Assembly (NCBI GenBank): GCA_013239625.1
Contig: MU053762.1
Location: 147,424-191,754, forward strand
DNA: 44,331 nucleotides
Direction: 5' to 3'
Origin: Lama guanicoe
Taxonomy: Eukaryota
Shown here: positions 25,451 to 38,200 of the stretch, piece by piece
How the letters are laid out: the number at the start of each line of letters is the position of its first letter
Numbering within the stretch: position 1 is the stretch's first letter
Made by a program: the position numbers and the translations under genes
Notes under the pieces: generated by a model
Told to the model about the DNA's origin: nothing
The model's database searches: none
Seen by the model: only the letters and a program-made list of their open reading frames with translations

Positions 25451-25910
25451 TCTAGCTGTATATTTAAAAGATTTACTTATACATTAAAAAATTGCACATC
25501 GAAAAATGTTAACAGTGATTATTCTAAGTGATTAAAGATTACAGGTTTTACTTCAAAATAAATATAATAAATGCATAATTAGAAAATAATAAATTTATTT
25601 TTGAAAGTTAAAATGTTTTTTCTTCTATTACAAAAACAATGTTAAATGGTCCTTAAAAAACATGATGATAAATCATAGTAAAGTTGTTACTAAAGATGGG
25701 AGGTTTTTTTAACTTCTTTGAATACAACTAATTTAATTCTGTAGATCTTTATTCAAAAATCAACTTCAAAGAAACCAAATTATTTCAAGAGTGAAGGGAG
25801 GAGCTCTTTAACATAGTAAAGCACATACTACAGTTATTGCAAAGGTACTGGAAGGCCACACAGACACACACACACTCTCTCTCCCTCCCTTCCACCAGCA
25901 GTAAAGGAAG

Positions 25911-25928
25911 TGCTGCCCCCTGCTGGAG
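25911..25928 (-). promoter_or_regulatory. Predicted CTCF binding motif in a local GC-rich patch
   Basis: Minus strand reads TCCAGCAGGGGGCAGCA, matching the CTCF core CCASYAGRKGGCRS. Confidence 0.55.
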
Positions 25929-27740
25929 GGCGGCTCAGTAAGCCTATGCGGCTGTCACTGCCAAGCCCACCACTGGCCTTCATTTCCAGCCTGCACACAG
26001 GGTAAGGCAAGTCCTGTTACTTTCCCAACAGCGCACATTTTTGTAAATTATCTCCAATATGTCACCCCACAGGACAAAGATCATCCTAGAAAACTGGGAA
26101 AATACACACATTTGCCTTTTCCTTAAACAATCAGACACCCAAGATAGGATGGAGTCTGACCTCCAAGACAGACAACATTATCTGAGGTATGACCTAGGAA
26201 GGGAAAAAGTGACTGAGAAAAAAAAGGCACTTCATGGACCTATAATAAAAGAGATGCACATGAACAAAATGGAGATATTAATAGTTTTGGTCCAGAATTC
26301 TGACCTTGCTTGGAACCAGTAACTTGAGTTTTCAGTTAATATTAACATAAAGCATCTATTGGCAGATAACCTTAAGATAATGACAAGTGGTCATCACTAA
26401 ATGACAACATGTCATGACATAGTTTGAAAAGTAAAGAAAAGCTCTGTCCATAGAGGGAATTGAAAGGCCGAGAATTCTATTACTGAGTGAGTGAATTTTG
26501 ATAGATCAGATCTGTGGGTTCAGTGTTCACATCTATGAAATGAAGGCACAAGATTAGTTTAGTAACTTTCAAGCTTTTTTTTTTTTTTCTGTGAGTCATA
26601 GTAAGAGATACATTTTACAGCAGGGTATCTGAATACACAAAACACAGGCAAGTTTCATGGAACAACATTATCTCTTAAACTTAGGAAGAATAGTGTTCAT
26701 GGAAAGAGAGACAAATGAGATTAAAGCAGTTGAACTTTTAAGCAGGAGGGAGATGATTTAAAAGAGCAAGTTTCTGGAGGAGATATGGGGAAGACAAAAT
26801 CAAAAGGACTGATATTAGTCATGGGAATGATAGGGATCACTCTTTTCTTCATAGACAGGAAGGAAGGAAGGAGGAATCAAGAAACAACAGCCTTCTGAGA
26901 TTGAGAGGTAGCAAATTGACAGAAGCCAAGCTCTGAAACCTTCAATTATATCGATGAGGAGAGTAAAACACTTACTGAGCAGTGTAAGCTCTAGTTGTTA
27001 AATAAACATTTTATTTTATGTAGGACTGTTTAATTTTGATTCCTATTTTGTTTTATCACAGTGGAAATTTAATAACTTTCAATATTGATAACTTTTAGTA
27101 ATTTACTTTACCAGAGTTAAAATTTGATTAGGGTTTGACATTCTTAAAGTATTAGTGATGTCTTAGACATGTTACACAGAGAGATTTAAATGAAGAAGCC
27201 AACTTAGTAAAGTGTATTTTCTGTGACCGGTATTGTTAAATATTATTTTCACCTTAATAATTTGACATTTTCATAAGGAAAATAATCTCAAGTATGCTGT
27301 CTGTAGACTACTTCTAAGGGAAAAACCTATATTATTATTGTAATGAATGTCATCTTCCTTGTGGAATTAAAAAATTTTTTAACTCACACAAAATATTTTT
27401 AATATATAGTATATACTACAATTTACATTTAATTTAGCATAATTTTGAGAATTTTGAGATCATATATTCTATTTCTGTTAATATAATCAGTATTTTAAAA
27501 TGTTATTTTCTGTTTTTGTTTATTTCAAATATTTCACTCCAACTCTTTATTTCTTAAAGTAAAAATAAAAATGGGCAATGATTTGGTTTGACAAAGTAAT
27601 TCTTAATTGTTTAGCAGCAATAAAGTTTATTTAACGTCTCCGTATAGATTGGTTTTACTCTGTAACAGCAAATACTGAAGAACTTAGACTAGGTCTGAAT
27701 AAAGCTGGTGGTTAAACTAGGTTTTCTACAATACCATAAT

Positions 27741-27860
27741 ACAGGCAGTTCTCTTGTAAAGCAATATATGTGTCTCTGGGAAAAAAAAACTAAAGTTCTG
27801 CAAAATTATACCCTAAAAAATATGAACAAGCAACTCAGAACTATGCAGCCTTGTAACCTC
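27741..27860 (+). mobile_element. Possible old Tigger-like terminal fragment
   Basis: ta-caggcagttctcttgtaaagcaatatatgtg..gttctgcaaaatt resembles an old Tigger TIR region. Confidence 0.3.
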
Positions 27861-28479
27861 TGTACTAGCAAAACTGGTAACAGTTCTCATAAAATTCTAG
27901 TATAGCTGAACATTTGCACCCAATATCAGTTAGTCTTCTTTGAAATGTAGTTCCATGAGGGCATTCAATTCTGTTAAAGATAAATTGTCAAAATTAAAAA
28001 TTCTGATACAGGATGTAGACTTTCTTCTTTAGATACTCCCCTCTTATTTTTTTTTTTTTTAAGTAAACATGGGGAAATATTTTCATGGCTTATTTGCATT
28101 CACAGCTCAACCAGATAGTCTAACATTGTAGAAATCCTATCAGTTCTTGAAGCCATTAACTGGCCTCTGTTCACCCTCCTCCACAGGATGGTCATGTGTT
28201 TTCCTTAAGGTCATCATATATTGCTAAGACACTGTGAGAAAGCTCATCCCTCACGGGTTTAAAACATTACTATGCTGGAAATAATTCTTTCTGGACCAAT
28301 ATGACTTTCACATTATACTGACCTCATCACTTAATGATGAATGATTGAACTAACTCTCACTACAGAAGTGTGTTATGTAGAAAAAATTAGACACCAGTCT
28401 CTAGCTGTCCCTTTGCTATGTCATGATTCATGTAGTGAACTGTATTTGTGCACATTCATGTTTATATATACATAGCACC

Positions 28480-28680
28480 ATGTAGTAAAGGAAAAGGGCT
28501 TTGGAGTTTGCCTGACTTGGCCAGTGGATTCAAATTTAGGTGACTGAGTTTTGGTTATGTGAAGTAAATACTAATTATCTGGTAGGATTCTTTTGGAGAT
28601 TGAGATAATTTACATAAAACATCTAGCACTGTGATGGGCATATTGCAGAAACTCAACAAGTGTTATTTCATTTTCTAGTA
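28480..28680 (+). mobile_element. MIR fragment
   Basis: gtagtaaaggaaaagggctttggagt...ttgagataatttacataaaacatctagcactgtgatgggcatattgcagaaactcaacaagtgtt. Confidence 0.6.
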
Positions 28681-30546
28681 ATGAATCTTAAGGCTAAAAA
28701 TACTAAGTGACTAGTTACCCCTGTACATAGAAAAAGTCAGATTCACTATGTAAGTCTTATGAGAAATTCCTATACAGACATACCTACCTGTAGGTGCATA
28801 GACAAATGCAGATTCTCCTACAGATTTAAGGTTTATTTTTCCCTTAATTGATGAATGTTTTGCTAGTTCATATCCTTTTCTATTCAGATATTGAGGCTGA
28901 TAATGATAAAAAAATTGGTAGGGAAGCTCTTTCCTTGATGTAACTTCCTATACTAATTAGACTAGGATGCTGTACTAAGGTTGTGTCAGCAGTTTAATTC
29001 ATACCTGTTTGCACTTTTCCAGTAGACTATAAAATGTTTCCCTAGCTGCCTGATAATAGTCAGACATTGGCAAATTCATTGCTTCCTTTTTTAAAAAAAA
29101 TGGCATCTCCCCTCGTCAAAATAAAATATAGCAGGTTGCTTGTTTTATGTAACTGCATTATGTTGATTGTGTGAGTTTTCCTTTAGAGTAATTTATAAAT
29201 GAATATGAAATTCATTAATATGAAGTTAACTCCTTTCTATTTCTTTTTCAGTAAAATTTCTACATGTTAAGATGGTCAGTATTTTCTTCTTTTATTTATA
29301 GATAAAATTATAGCAACAAAAATTATTTTCTTTTCCCCAGCTTTCCACCTTTAAGTATAAAAAGGAAAGAATATCTTCCATGTTTCTGTAACAGGTTTGT
29401 TTACAGTATCTGCAGTTATTTACCTCACAGCACCGTTTGAAGTAACATTGCAAATTCTGCATGCTCTAGATTTTAAGATGTGCTGTATAAGTTTGTAGTG
29501 GTTGTAATTTTGTTGTTTTATGTTTTGAAACATTAAGAATCAGAACTCACAGAATTTGACATCACAAGTTTTCATTGGCTTTCATTAAGTTTTTGAGCTG
29601 TTATGTATAATAAAATTCATAATTAGGTATACAAATTTACATGTATTAAGTGATTAATTTTGAAATCATATTACATATAATAACATTTGTTTAGAGTCAA
29701 TCAATATGTTTGATCAAATTTAAGAAGCTTGAGATACACATTTATTTTCACTATTAGAAAGAAAAAATGTTTCTCTTTAAATTATGGCATCTCATCAATT
29801 TCTGAGAAGCTGAGACATGAAAACAAATATGTGCCTTTAGACTCAATGAAATATGTCAGGTGTGTATTTAGACTTGAGGGCTCTTTTTGGCGAGGAGCAG
29901 ATTTTGTGTTGCTGGTTGTTGAAAACCCTGCTCAATCCTATGTATCTGCACAGCTATGCTGGTTCTTCTTGTTCATTCATTTGTTCCCTCCTTTAGTATT
30001 TACTGAGTGTCCTTCAGGTGCAAATCTATGTCATGTTTCAAGTCACACAAGATTTCTTCTCTTGGAACTTCTTTTATATATCTGGAATATAACACAAAAC
30101 CAAGTAACTGTTTGATGGCACAACATAGTACTTATGTCTCCAGCTAGATTCCAAACTATCATAAAGATTGCTCTTTTTCACATGTTTTGTATCTGCTCCA
30201 TTTCCTAGGACATAATTTGTAAGTCATTGTAACTTCTTGATTAATTGAACTTTGTTTATAATGAGAAAAAAGTGTAGTGTGTACACCTGAAAATGGTGTC
30301 TGTATGATTATGCATTAATATAATCAGAAGTTTTGAATTTTAGAAAAATGGAATAAAAAATTTTAACTGTAAAATGAGATACCAAAGATTTCTTCAAATA
30401 GCTAATGACTTTTCTGGATTTCTTTGACATTACAAGAAATCTAGAAAAGCCCAGTGGTCTGGCATCTGTGGCTTATTATCCAGCTGCACAAGTGAATTAC
30501 TCTTTTGAACACTGTGGAATCGTGGAATGAAGAGGTGTCTAAGGGT

Positions 30547-31297
30547 TCTATTGTTTGGGTTGACTGCCCTACATGGACATTGCTAAGATTTATGTCAGAG
30601 AATGTTTTGCCTATGTTTTCTTCTAGGAGATTTACAGTGTCTTGTCTTATATTTAATTCTTTAAGCCATTTTGAATTTATTTTTGTGTATGGTGTGTGTG
30701 GGTTGTTCTAACTTCATTGATTTACATGCTGCTGTCCAGTGTTCCCAACACCATTTGCTGAAGAGACTGTCTTTGCTCACTGTATTTTCTTGCCTATCTT
30801 TGTCAAAGACTAATTGACTGCAGGTCTGTGGGTTTATTTCTGGGCTTTCTAGTCTGTTCCATTGATCCATATGCCTGTGTTTATGTCAATACCATTCTGT
30901 TCTGATGATTGTAGTTCTGTATTATTGTTTGAAGTCTGGGAGGGTTATTCCTCCAGCTTCATTCTTTTTCTTCAATATTGCTTTGGCAATTCTGGGTCTT
31001 CTGTGATTCCATATAAATTTAAGATTATTTGTTCAAATTCTATAAAAAAAAGTATTACATTGATTTGCATGTGTTGAACCACACTTGTGTCCCTGGGATG
31101 AACCCCACTTGATCATGATGTATGATCTTTTCTATGTGCTGTTGCATTCTATTTGGTAGTATTTCCTTGAGGATTTTTTGCATCTATGTTCTTCTGTGAT
31201 ATTGGTCTTTAATTCTCTTTTTTCATGGTGTCTTTGCCTGTTTTTGGTTTCAGACTGATGGTGGCTTCATAGAATGAGTTTACGAGTATTCCCTCCT
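30547..31297 (-). mobile_element. L1 ORF2 internal fragment with no 3' UTR/poly-A and an internal deletion at ~31050
   Basis: Peptide [20 protein letters not shown]. Collinear with 36085-36560 and 37350-37595 of the long L1 in this window. Confidence 0.88.
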
Positions 31298-31821
31298 GCT
31301 TGTTTTCTTTCTATCAGCTTTATAATGTTCTGGAAAGCACAAGAAGAAAATATGGTTAAGTGGCTTAAGGCTGTGACTATGGTAAGTCCAGCTAATGAGT
31401 AGTTTCCCCAACAACATAAATTCTTTTGTAACAAAAAGGGAGGGAAAGTGACTGCTTTAAGAGGTAAGATGTGAAAGGCTACTTTACCACACTCATTTCT
31501 TGTCGTAACACAGAAGTTGTCAAATAATTATCCCCTGCCACTCAGAAAAAGATAATATTGTGAGAACACAGTGTCCAGAGAACCCCCTGTCCACTTCAGC
31601 ATAGGCATCAATTTTTCTGCCCTGCTCACTGACGACACCCAGCCGTGGCTACAGGAAAGAGCCCTGATGCCCAAGCACCATCATATCCCATGACAGGAGC
31701 CATTCCCTTCCCCTGGAGGGGCAGACAAACTCGGAAAGCCCCCAAAGCCTGGGCGGATGGCCTTAGAAGTGTTTGTTTTTCAAGGCCCTGAGCCCCAACC
31801 TATGTTGTTTGCATCCAAAAA

Positions 31822-32027
31822 GAGGCTGTATTAACAGATACACACCATTAGATATAAAATAGATAAGCACAAGGACATACTGTATATCACAAGGAACTAT
31901 ATTCAATTTCTTGTAATAACCTACAGTGGAAAAGAATCTGAAAAAGAAAAAAATATATATATACTGAATCACCCTGCTGTACACTTGAAACTAACACAAC
32001 ATTGTAAATCAAATATACATCAATAAA
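31822..32027 (+). mobile_element. L1 3' end (cetartiodactyl-type 3' UTR)
   Basis: ttaacagatacacacc..ataaaatagataagcacaaggacatactgtatatcacaaggaactatattcaa..actgaatcaccctgctgtacacttgaaactaacacaacattgtaaatc..caataaaa. Confidence 0.85.
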
Positions 32028-32440
32028 ATGTTTTGAAAATGCAGCTCTACAGAGCAATACAGTCATGGTGTGAGCTGCCAGGCCCAGTGAAGAATTTTGA
32101 AAAGTGAATGTTTTAAAGAATAATTCCTAATACTCTGAGATAACTATTTCCAGGATGGTGCAATTTTACCTTTAAAAAGGGAAAGAGAAAAAAAAAACAC
32201 TCAGACATCACCATCCTGGAATTAACCAGCACACAATTAAATTTTGGAAAAGGAAACACAAAACAGTAATGCAGTCATTCATCAAATTCACAAAGGAAAA
32301 CCAAAAATGCCAGCTCCTTTCTGCTTGATTTCAAACAGAAGGCTGGTAAAGGTTACAGCATGAAAATGTAATTCTAATAATTAAACAAAACTTCATAAAA
32401 TGAACAGGACTGGCAAAAGTATGTTTCTGGTAAATCAACT

Positions 32441-32898
32441 CAGGGGATGACCAAATATAATGCAAACAACTCATGTAATTTTAAATTTTCCAGAAGCCTC
32501 CCCAACTTTTTTTAAAAAATAAAAAAAAGATGGAATTGGTTTAAGCAATATATTTATATATAATCCAATAGAGCCAAAATACTATCATTGCTGCATATAA
32601 TCTACAGAAAAAAACATGAGATATTTCACATGCTTTTATTCATACTAGACCTTCAAAATCTGAGTCTATTTTACACATACCATGTATCTCAACTTCAGCT
32701 GGCTAGCGGCTGCCACTTTGTTTTTCTGTGCATTTTTTGGTTTTTGTTTTGTTTGTTTGGGAGGGTAATTAGGTTTTTATTGATTTATATTTAATGGAGG
32801 TACTGGGGAGTGAGCCCAGGACCTCGTGCATGCTGAGCACATGTTCTATCACATAGCTATACCCTCCCCCCTAGCAGCTGCCACTTTGGACAGGGCAG
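32441..32898 (+). mobile_element. MER33 hAT-Charlie MITE, interrupted by a SINE
   Basis: atgtaattttaaattttc..ccaaaatactatcatt..atgagatatttcaca..., ending ttggacagggcag. Confidence 0.75.
32721..32870 (-). mobile_element. Vic-1-type camelid SINE
   Basis: Reverse tRNA-Ala head and gggagggtaattagg tail. 18-bp TSD ctagc(g/a)gctgccactttg at 32703-32720 and 32871-32888. Confidence 0.93.
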
Positions 32899-35261
32899 AT
32901 CTCAATGGATACTTTGCACTTATTTGTAAGTCCAAGTCTTCTCAAAAAAGAATCCCAATGGCAACCTCTTAAATGGATACCTTCAGAAAATATAATTTCA
33001 AATATAATTTTTAAGTTTTTTCACTTCACCAAGGATGCTCTCTACTGTGATAATCAAGCAGGTGGTTTCCCTGTCCCTCATGGAGTCCCTGAATGCAACA
33101 GGTAACATGAGCAGAATGGGGGACTTCTGAACTCTCTGTGCCTTTGAGGATCCCTTTGGAGGAAAGAGACATTTTACTTCTGTTCCAGTCTCTTCACCTC
33201 CCCAGAAAAGTGTCTTCACTTCATCACCATGTACTTTCTTTCCTCGAATCCACCTCTCATTCCACTGCTGTCGGTTTTAGCCTTCCCAAACAAAAAACCA
33301 GGAGTACTCTCCCACTTTTAACACATCACCAAGCCTCAGTGTGTCCTTCTACAAAAACACCCCACTACTTTTCCTCACCCTGATTTTGGCTTCTCCACAC
33401 CCAGTCTCTTGTAGTCTACATGTGAACTAATATTTAAGAATTACCCAACCTCCCAGCCCTGACACATACACTCTCACTGCTGTTAATGGCCTCTTCCCAC
33501 TTTCTCAGTGGCCTTCATCTCCCCCACACCTGTGGTCCTGGTTGTTCATGGACCTGGGAATCTACCTTTGTGGGACTGTGGAATTCTGTGCATGCTAGTT
33601 CCATTCCAGGCCATCCGGTTCTAGACACATGTCCCAGGAAACCATTTCCAGTGATTCTGGACTCCCTGACCCCACCTTTCCTTGGAGCACATGCTCATCA
33701 CCAGCACCCCACCAAGCCTACCCTCAGCAGGTCCACGGTGGAACCTGCGCTCGGTTCCTCTCCACTCCCCACAAGCACGACTCACTCTGCTCTTCTACAC
33801 GTTCAGGGAAGAGCAAAGGTCCTTCCTATAGTTACAGTGTGTCTCCTACCACCATTCGTCCCTACCTTCCTCCAGGGTGTTTCCAAATTTGGAATAAATG
33901 ACACTTGTAAAAATCATCTGAACTTTGGAGAAGCTAGTGTGTGAATCAACCTATCTATCTTGCTATGGTGGCTTCAGAGATCTTTTAAAAGAACTAGATT
34001 AAACTGCATCCTGATTTTTCTTTATTGCACGTGAAAGTGTAAATAAGAAGACAATGGAAGACCTTCCTAATGTCTAATATAAACAAGGCTATAGCAAGTT
34101 GCCCATTTTTATTAGGTTTTGATGATTTTTACCATTTTTTATTTTTTAAGTTAGAGGTCTTTATTTTAGAAAACAAATCAATATGATTAAATTTAAGTTT
34201 GACGGAATCTACTGTTAAAGACAAATTAATAGGAAGTAATTCACGCCAAGAACTTGAGCTACACATTTCCATCTTGTGTCTGCCAGGGACCAGTGATCAG
34301 TACAGAGACCGAGCTTGGTTTGATATTTATATTTGTAGCTGTGCTTCTTTAAATTTTTCTCAATAGAGGCAGCTAGCCCACCAAAATAGTTTTCAATTTC
34401 TTTAAATTTTAAAGACAGAAGAAAAACTCATTATGCTATTTGTCAGATCTTGTAAACTCTTGTAATTCTAGTACCCTCAGAGACCATAGTGATGGCTTCA
34501 TAAGCAGTACATACAAGTGAATATTTTGATGATGCTGATTGGTAGACATATATCCCAAAATGTTTTCAGAAACTGTTTCTTTTTGCTGTGGATGTATTTC
34601 AGGTCCCCCACTGCCTTGTTGCTGTGTTTTTCCACTTGGAGTGAGACACTTGCTTCCCTGTCACAGCTAAGGTGGCTGATCAGAGAACATGGAGTGAGCA
34701 TCAGCTATCCTGAAGTCCCTAACACTTCCCTTCCATGTCGGATTTCCATGAGAATGAAGCCCAAAGGGAAAAACGAAGAGTGGAAGATATTAAATTTGGT
34801 TTGGGCTCATTGTCTGTTTTTCTCGAAATCAGTGCAAGTTTCCTCCTAACCCACTGTGATTTCATTTTGACAGTGGCAGTGGGTTCATCTGTATGTGTTC
34901 TCTGAGCATTTTTGCTAGTTTAATGACAACTTTTTTTTTTACTTTTTAAAATTAAGTTATAGTTAGTTTACAGTGCCTCAATTTCTGGTGAAGAGCACAA
35001 TTCTTCAGTGATATATAAATATACATATATTAATTTTCATATTCTTTTAAAAAAAATTGGCTACCACAAGATATTGACTATAATTCCCTGTGCTATACAG
35101 TAAAACTTGTTTATCTATTTTATATATGTCACTCAGTATCTGCAAATCTCAAATTCCCAGTATATCCTTTCCAAATCCCCTATTCCCTGGCAACCACAAG
35201 TTTGTATTATATGTCTGTGAGTCTGTTTCTGTTTTACATATAATTTCATTTGTCTTATTTT

Positions 35262-38200
35262 TTAGAGTCCACATATAAGTGAAATGTGGTATATTTCTTT
35301 CTCTTTCTGGCTTGATTCACTTAGAATGACATTCTCCAGGGACATCCACATGGCTACAAATGGCAATATGTTCTCAATTTTCATGGCCGAGTAGTATTCC
35401 ATTGTATAAATATACCACCACTTCTTTATCCAGTCATCTGTCAATAAAAATTTAGGTTACTTCTGTGTCTTGGCTATCGTAAATAGTGCTGATATGAACA
35501 TTAGGGTGCAGGTGTATTTCTGAATTAAAGATTCTTCTGTATATATGCCCAGGAGTGGGACCACTGCGTCATATGTTAAGTCTATTTTTGGTCTTTTGAG
35601 GAATCTCCATACTGTTTTCCACAATGGCTACACCAAACTACATTCCCACCAACAGTGTAGGAGGGTCCCTTTTGGACAACACCCTTTCTGGCATTTGTCA
35701 TTTATAGACTTTTGAATGATGGTCATTCTGACTGGTGTGAGGTGAAACCTCATTGTAGTTTTAATTTGCATTTCTCTGATAATTAGTGGCATTGAGTATT
35801 TTCTCATGTGCCTTTGGGCATTTGTATGTCTTCATGGGAGAATTGCTTGTTTAGGTGTTTTGCCCATTTTTGGATCAGGTGGTTTGTCTTTTTCTTATTA
35901 AGTCATATGGGATGTTTATATATTCTGGAGATCAAGCATTGTCAGTTTCATCTTTTGCACATATTTTCTCCTATTCCATAGGTTGCTATTTTGTTTTGCC
36001 TATGGTTTCCTTTGCTGTGCAAAAGCTTGCAAGTTTAATTAGGTCCCACTTGTTAATTTCTACTTTTATATCTATCTATTTCTTGACTGCCCTGGGGAGC
36101 ATTGCTGAGATGTATGTGAGATAATGTTCTGCTTATGTTTTCTTCTAAGAGGTTTATTGTGACGTCTTATGTTTAAGTCTTTAATCCATTTTGAGTTTAT
36201 TTTTGTGTATGGTGAGAGGGAGTATTTTAACTTCATTGATTTACATGCTGCTGTCCAGTTTTCCCAATACCATTTGCTGAAGAGACTGTTTTTTTTCCAT
36301 TGTATGTTCTTGTCTCCTTTGAAGATTAATTGACCAAAAGATTATGGGTTCATTGCTGGGCTAATTTGTTCCATTGATCCATATGTCTGTTTTGTATCAA
36401 TACCATGCTGTTTTGATTAATGTAGCTCTGTAGTATGGTCTGAAGTCTGGGAGGGTTTTTCCTCCAGCCTCATTCTTTTCCTTCAGTTATGTTTTGGCAA
36501 TTCTGGGTCTTTTGTGATTCCATATAAGTTTTATAATGATTTGTTCCAGTTCTGTGAAATATGTCCTTAGTAATTTGATAGAGATTGCATTAAATCTGTA
36601 GATTGCCTTGGGAAATGTGGCCATTTTAACAATACTGATTTGTCCGATCCAGGAGCATGGGATATCTTTGCATTTTTTAAAATTTCCTTTAATTTCCTTG
36701 TAGTTCTCCATGTATAAGTCTTCCACTTCCTTGGTTAGATTTACTCCTAGATATTTTATTACTTTAGGTGTAATTTTAAAAGGGATAGGTGTAATAAGGG
36801 ATTGTTTCTTTACTTCCTTTTCCTGTTGATTCATCATTAGTGTAAAGAAATGCAACTGATTTTTGTACATTAATCTTGTATCCTTTTGTACATTAATCTT
36901 GTGATCTTGTATCCTTGTACCTTGCCAAATTCTTTCATTAGTTTGTGTAGTTTTTGTGTGGACCTTTTAGGGTATTCTATATATAGTATCATGTCATCTG
37001 CATATAGTGATGGTTTTTTAGCTTCTTTTCCAATTTGGATCTCTTTTATTTCTTTTTCTTGCCTGATTGCAGTGGCTAGGACTTCCAAGATTATGTTGAA
37101 TAGAAATGGTGAGAGTGGAGAATCTTGCCTTTTGCCAGATTTTAGTAGGAAGGTTTTCAGCTTTTCACCATTGAGTTCTATGCTGGCTGTAGGTTTGTCA
37201 TAAACAGCTTTTTTTATGTTGAGATATGTCCCCTCTATACCTACTTTGGTGAGGATTTTTATCATAATGGGCATTGAATCTTATCAAATGCTTTTTCTGC
37301 ATCTATTAAGATGATCATGTGGTTTTTGTCCTTTCTCTTGTTGTTGGGGTGTATTACATTGATTGATTTTCATATGTTGAACCACCCTTGTGTTCCTGGG
37401 ATGAACCTGATTTGATCATGGTGTATGATCTTTTTTATGTGCTGTTGGATTCTGTTTGCTAATGTTATGTTGAGAATATTTGTATCTATGTTTCCTCAGT
37501 GATATTGATCTGTGAGTTTCTTTTTTGGTAGTGTCTTTGGTTTTGGTATCAGGGTGATGGTGACTTCATAGAATCAGTTTATGAGTACCCCCTCCTTTTC
37601 AATCTTCTGGAAGATTTTGAGAAATACGGGTATGAGTTCTTCTTTGTATGTATGATAGAATTCCCCAGTGAAGCCATGCAGTCCTGGACATTTGTTCATT
37701 GGGAGTTTGTTTTTTTTTTTTATGCTTATTCAATTTCATTTCTAGTGATTGGTTTGTTCTAGTGGTCAATTTCTTCTTGATTCAGTCATGTGGACCGTAT
37801 ATTTCCAGAAACTTGTCCATTTCTTCAAGGTTGTTCATTTATTTTCCATAAAGTTGTTCACAGTATTCTCATATGATATTTTGAATTTCTGTGGTATTGG
37901 TTGTAATTTCTCCATTTTCCTTTCTTATTTTGATTTTGCTCTGTCTTTTCTCTTTGTGAGCTAGGCCTGAGGTTTGTCAATTTTATTTACTCTTTCAAAA
38001 AAAACACAGCTCTTTGTTTGATTGACTTTTTCTATTGTATTTTAAATCTCTACTTTATTTATTTCCTCCCTGATATTTATTGTTTTCTGCCTTCTGCTGA
38101 CTTTAGGTTTTGTTTGCTCTTCTTTTTCTAATTCTTTTAGTTGGTTAGTTGTTTATTTCAGATTGTACATCTTTTTTGAGGAAGACCTTTATTGCAATGA

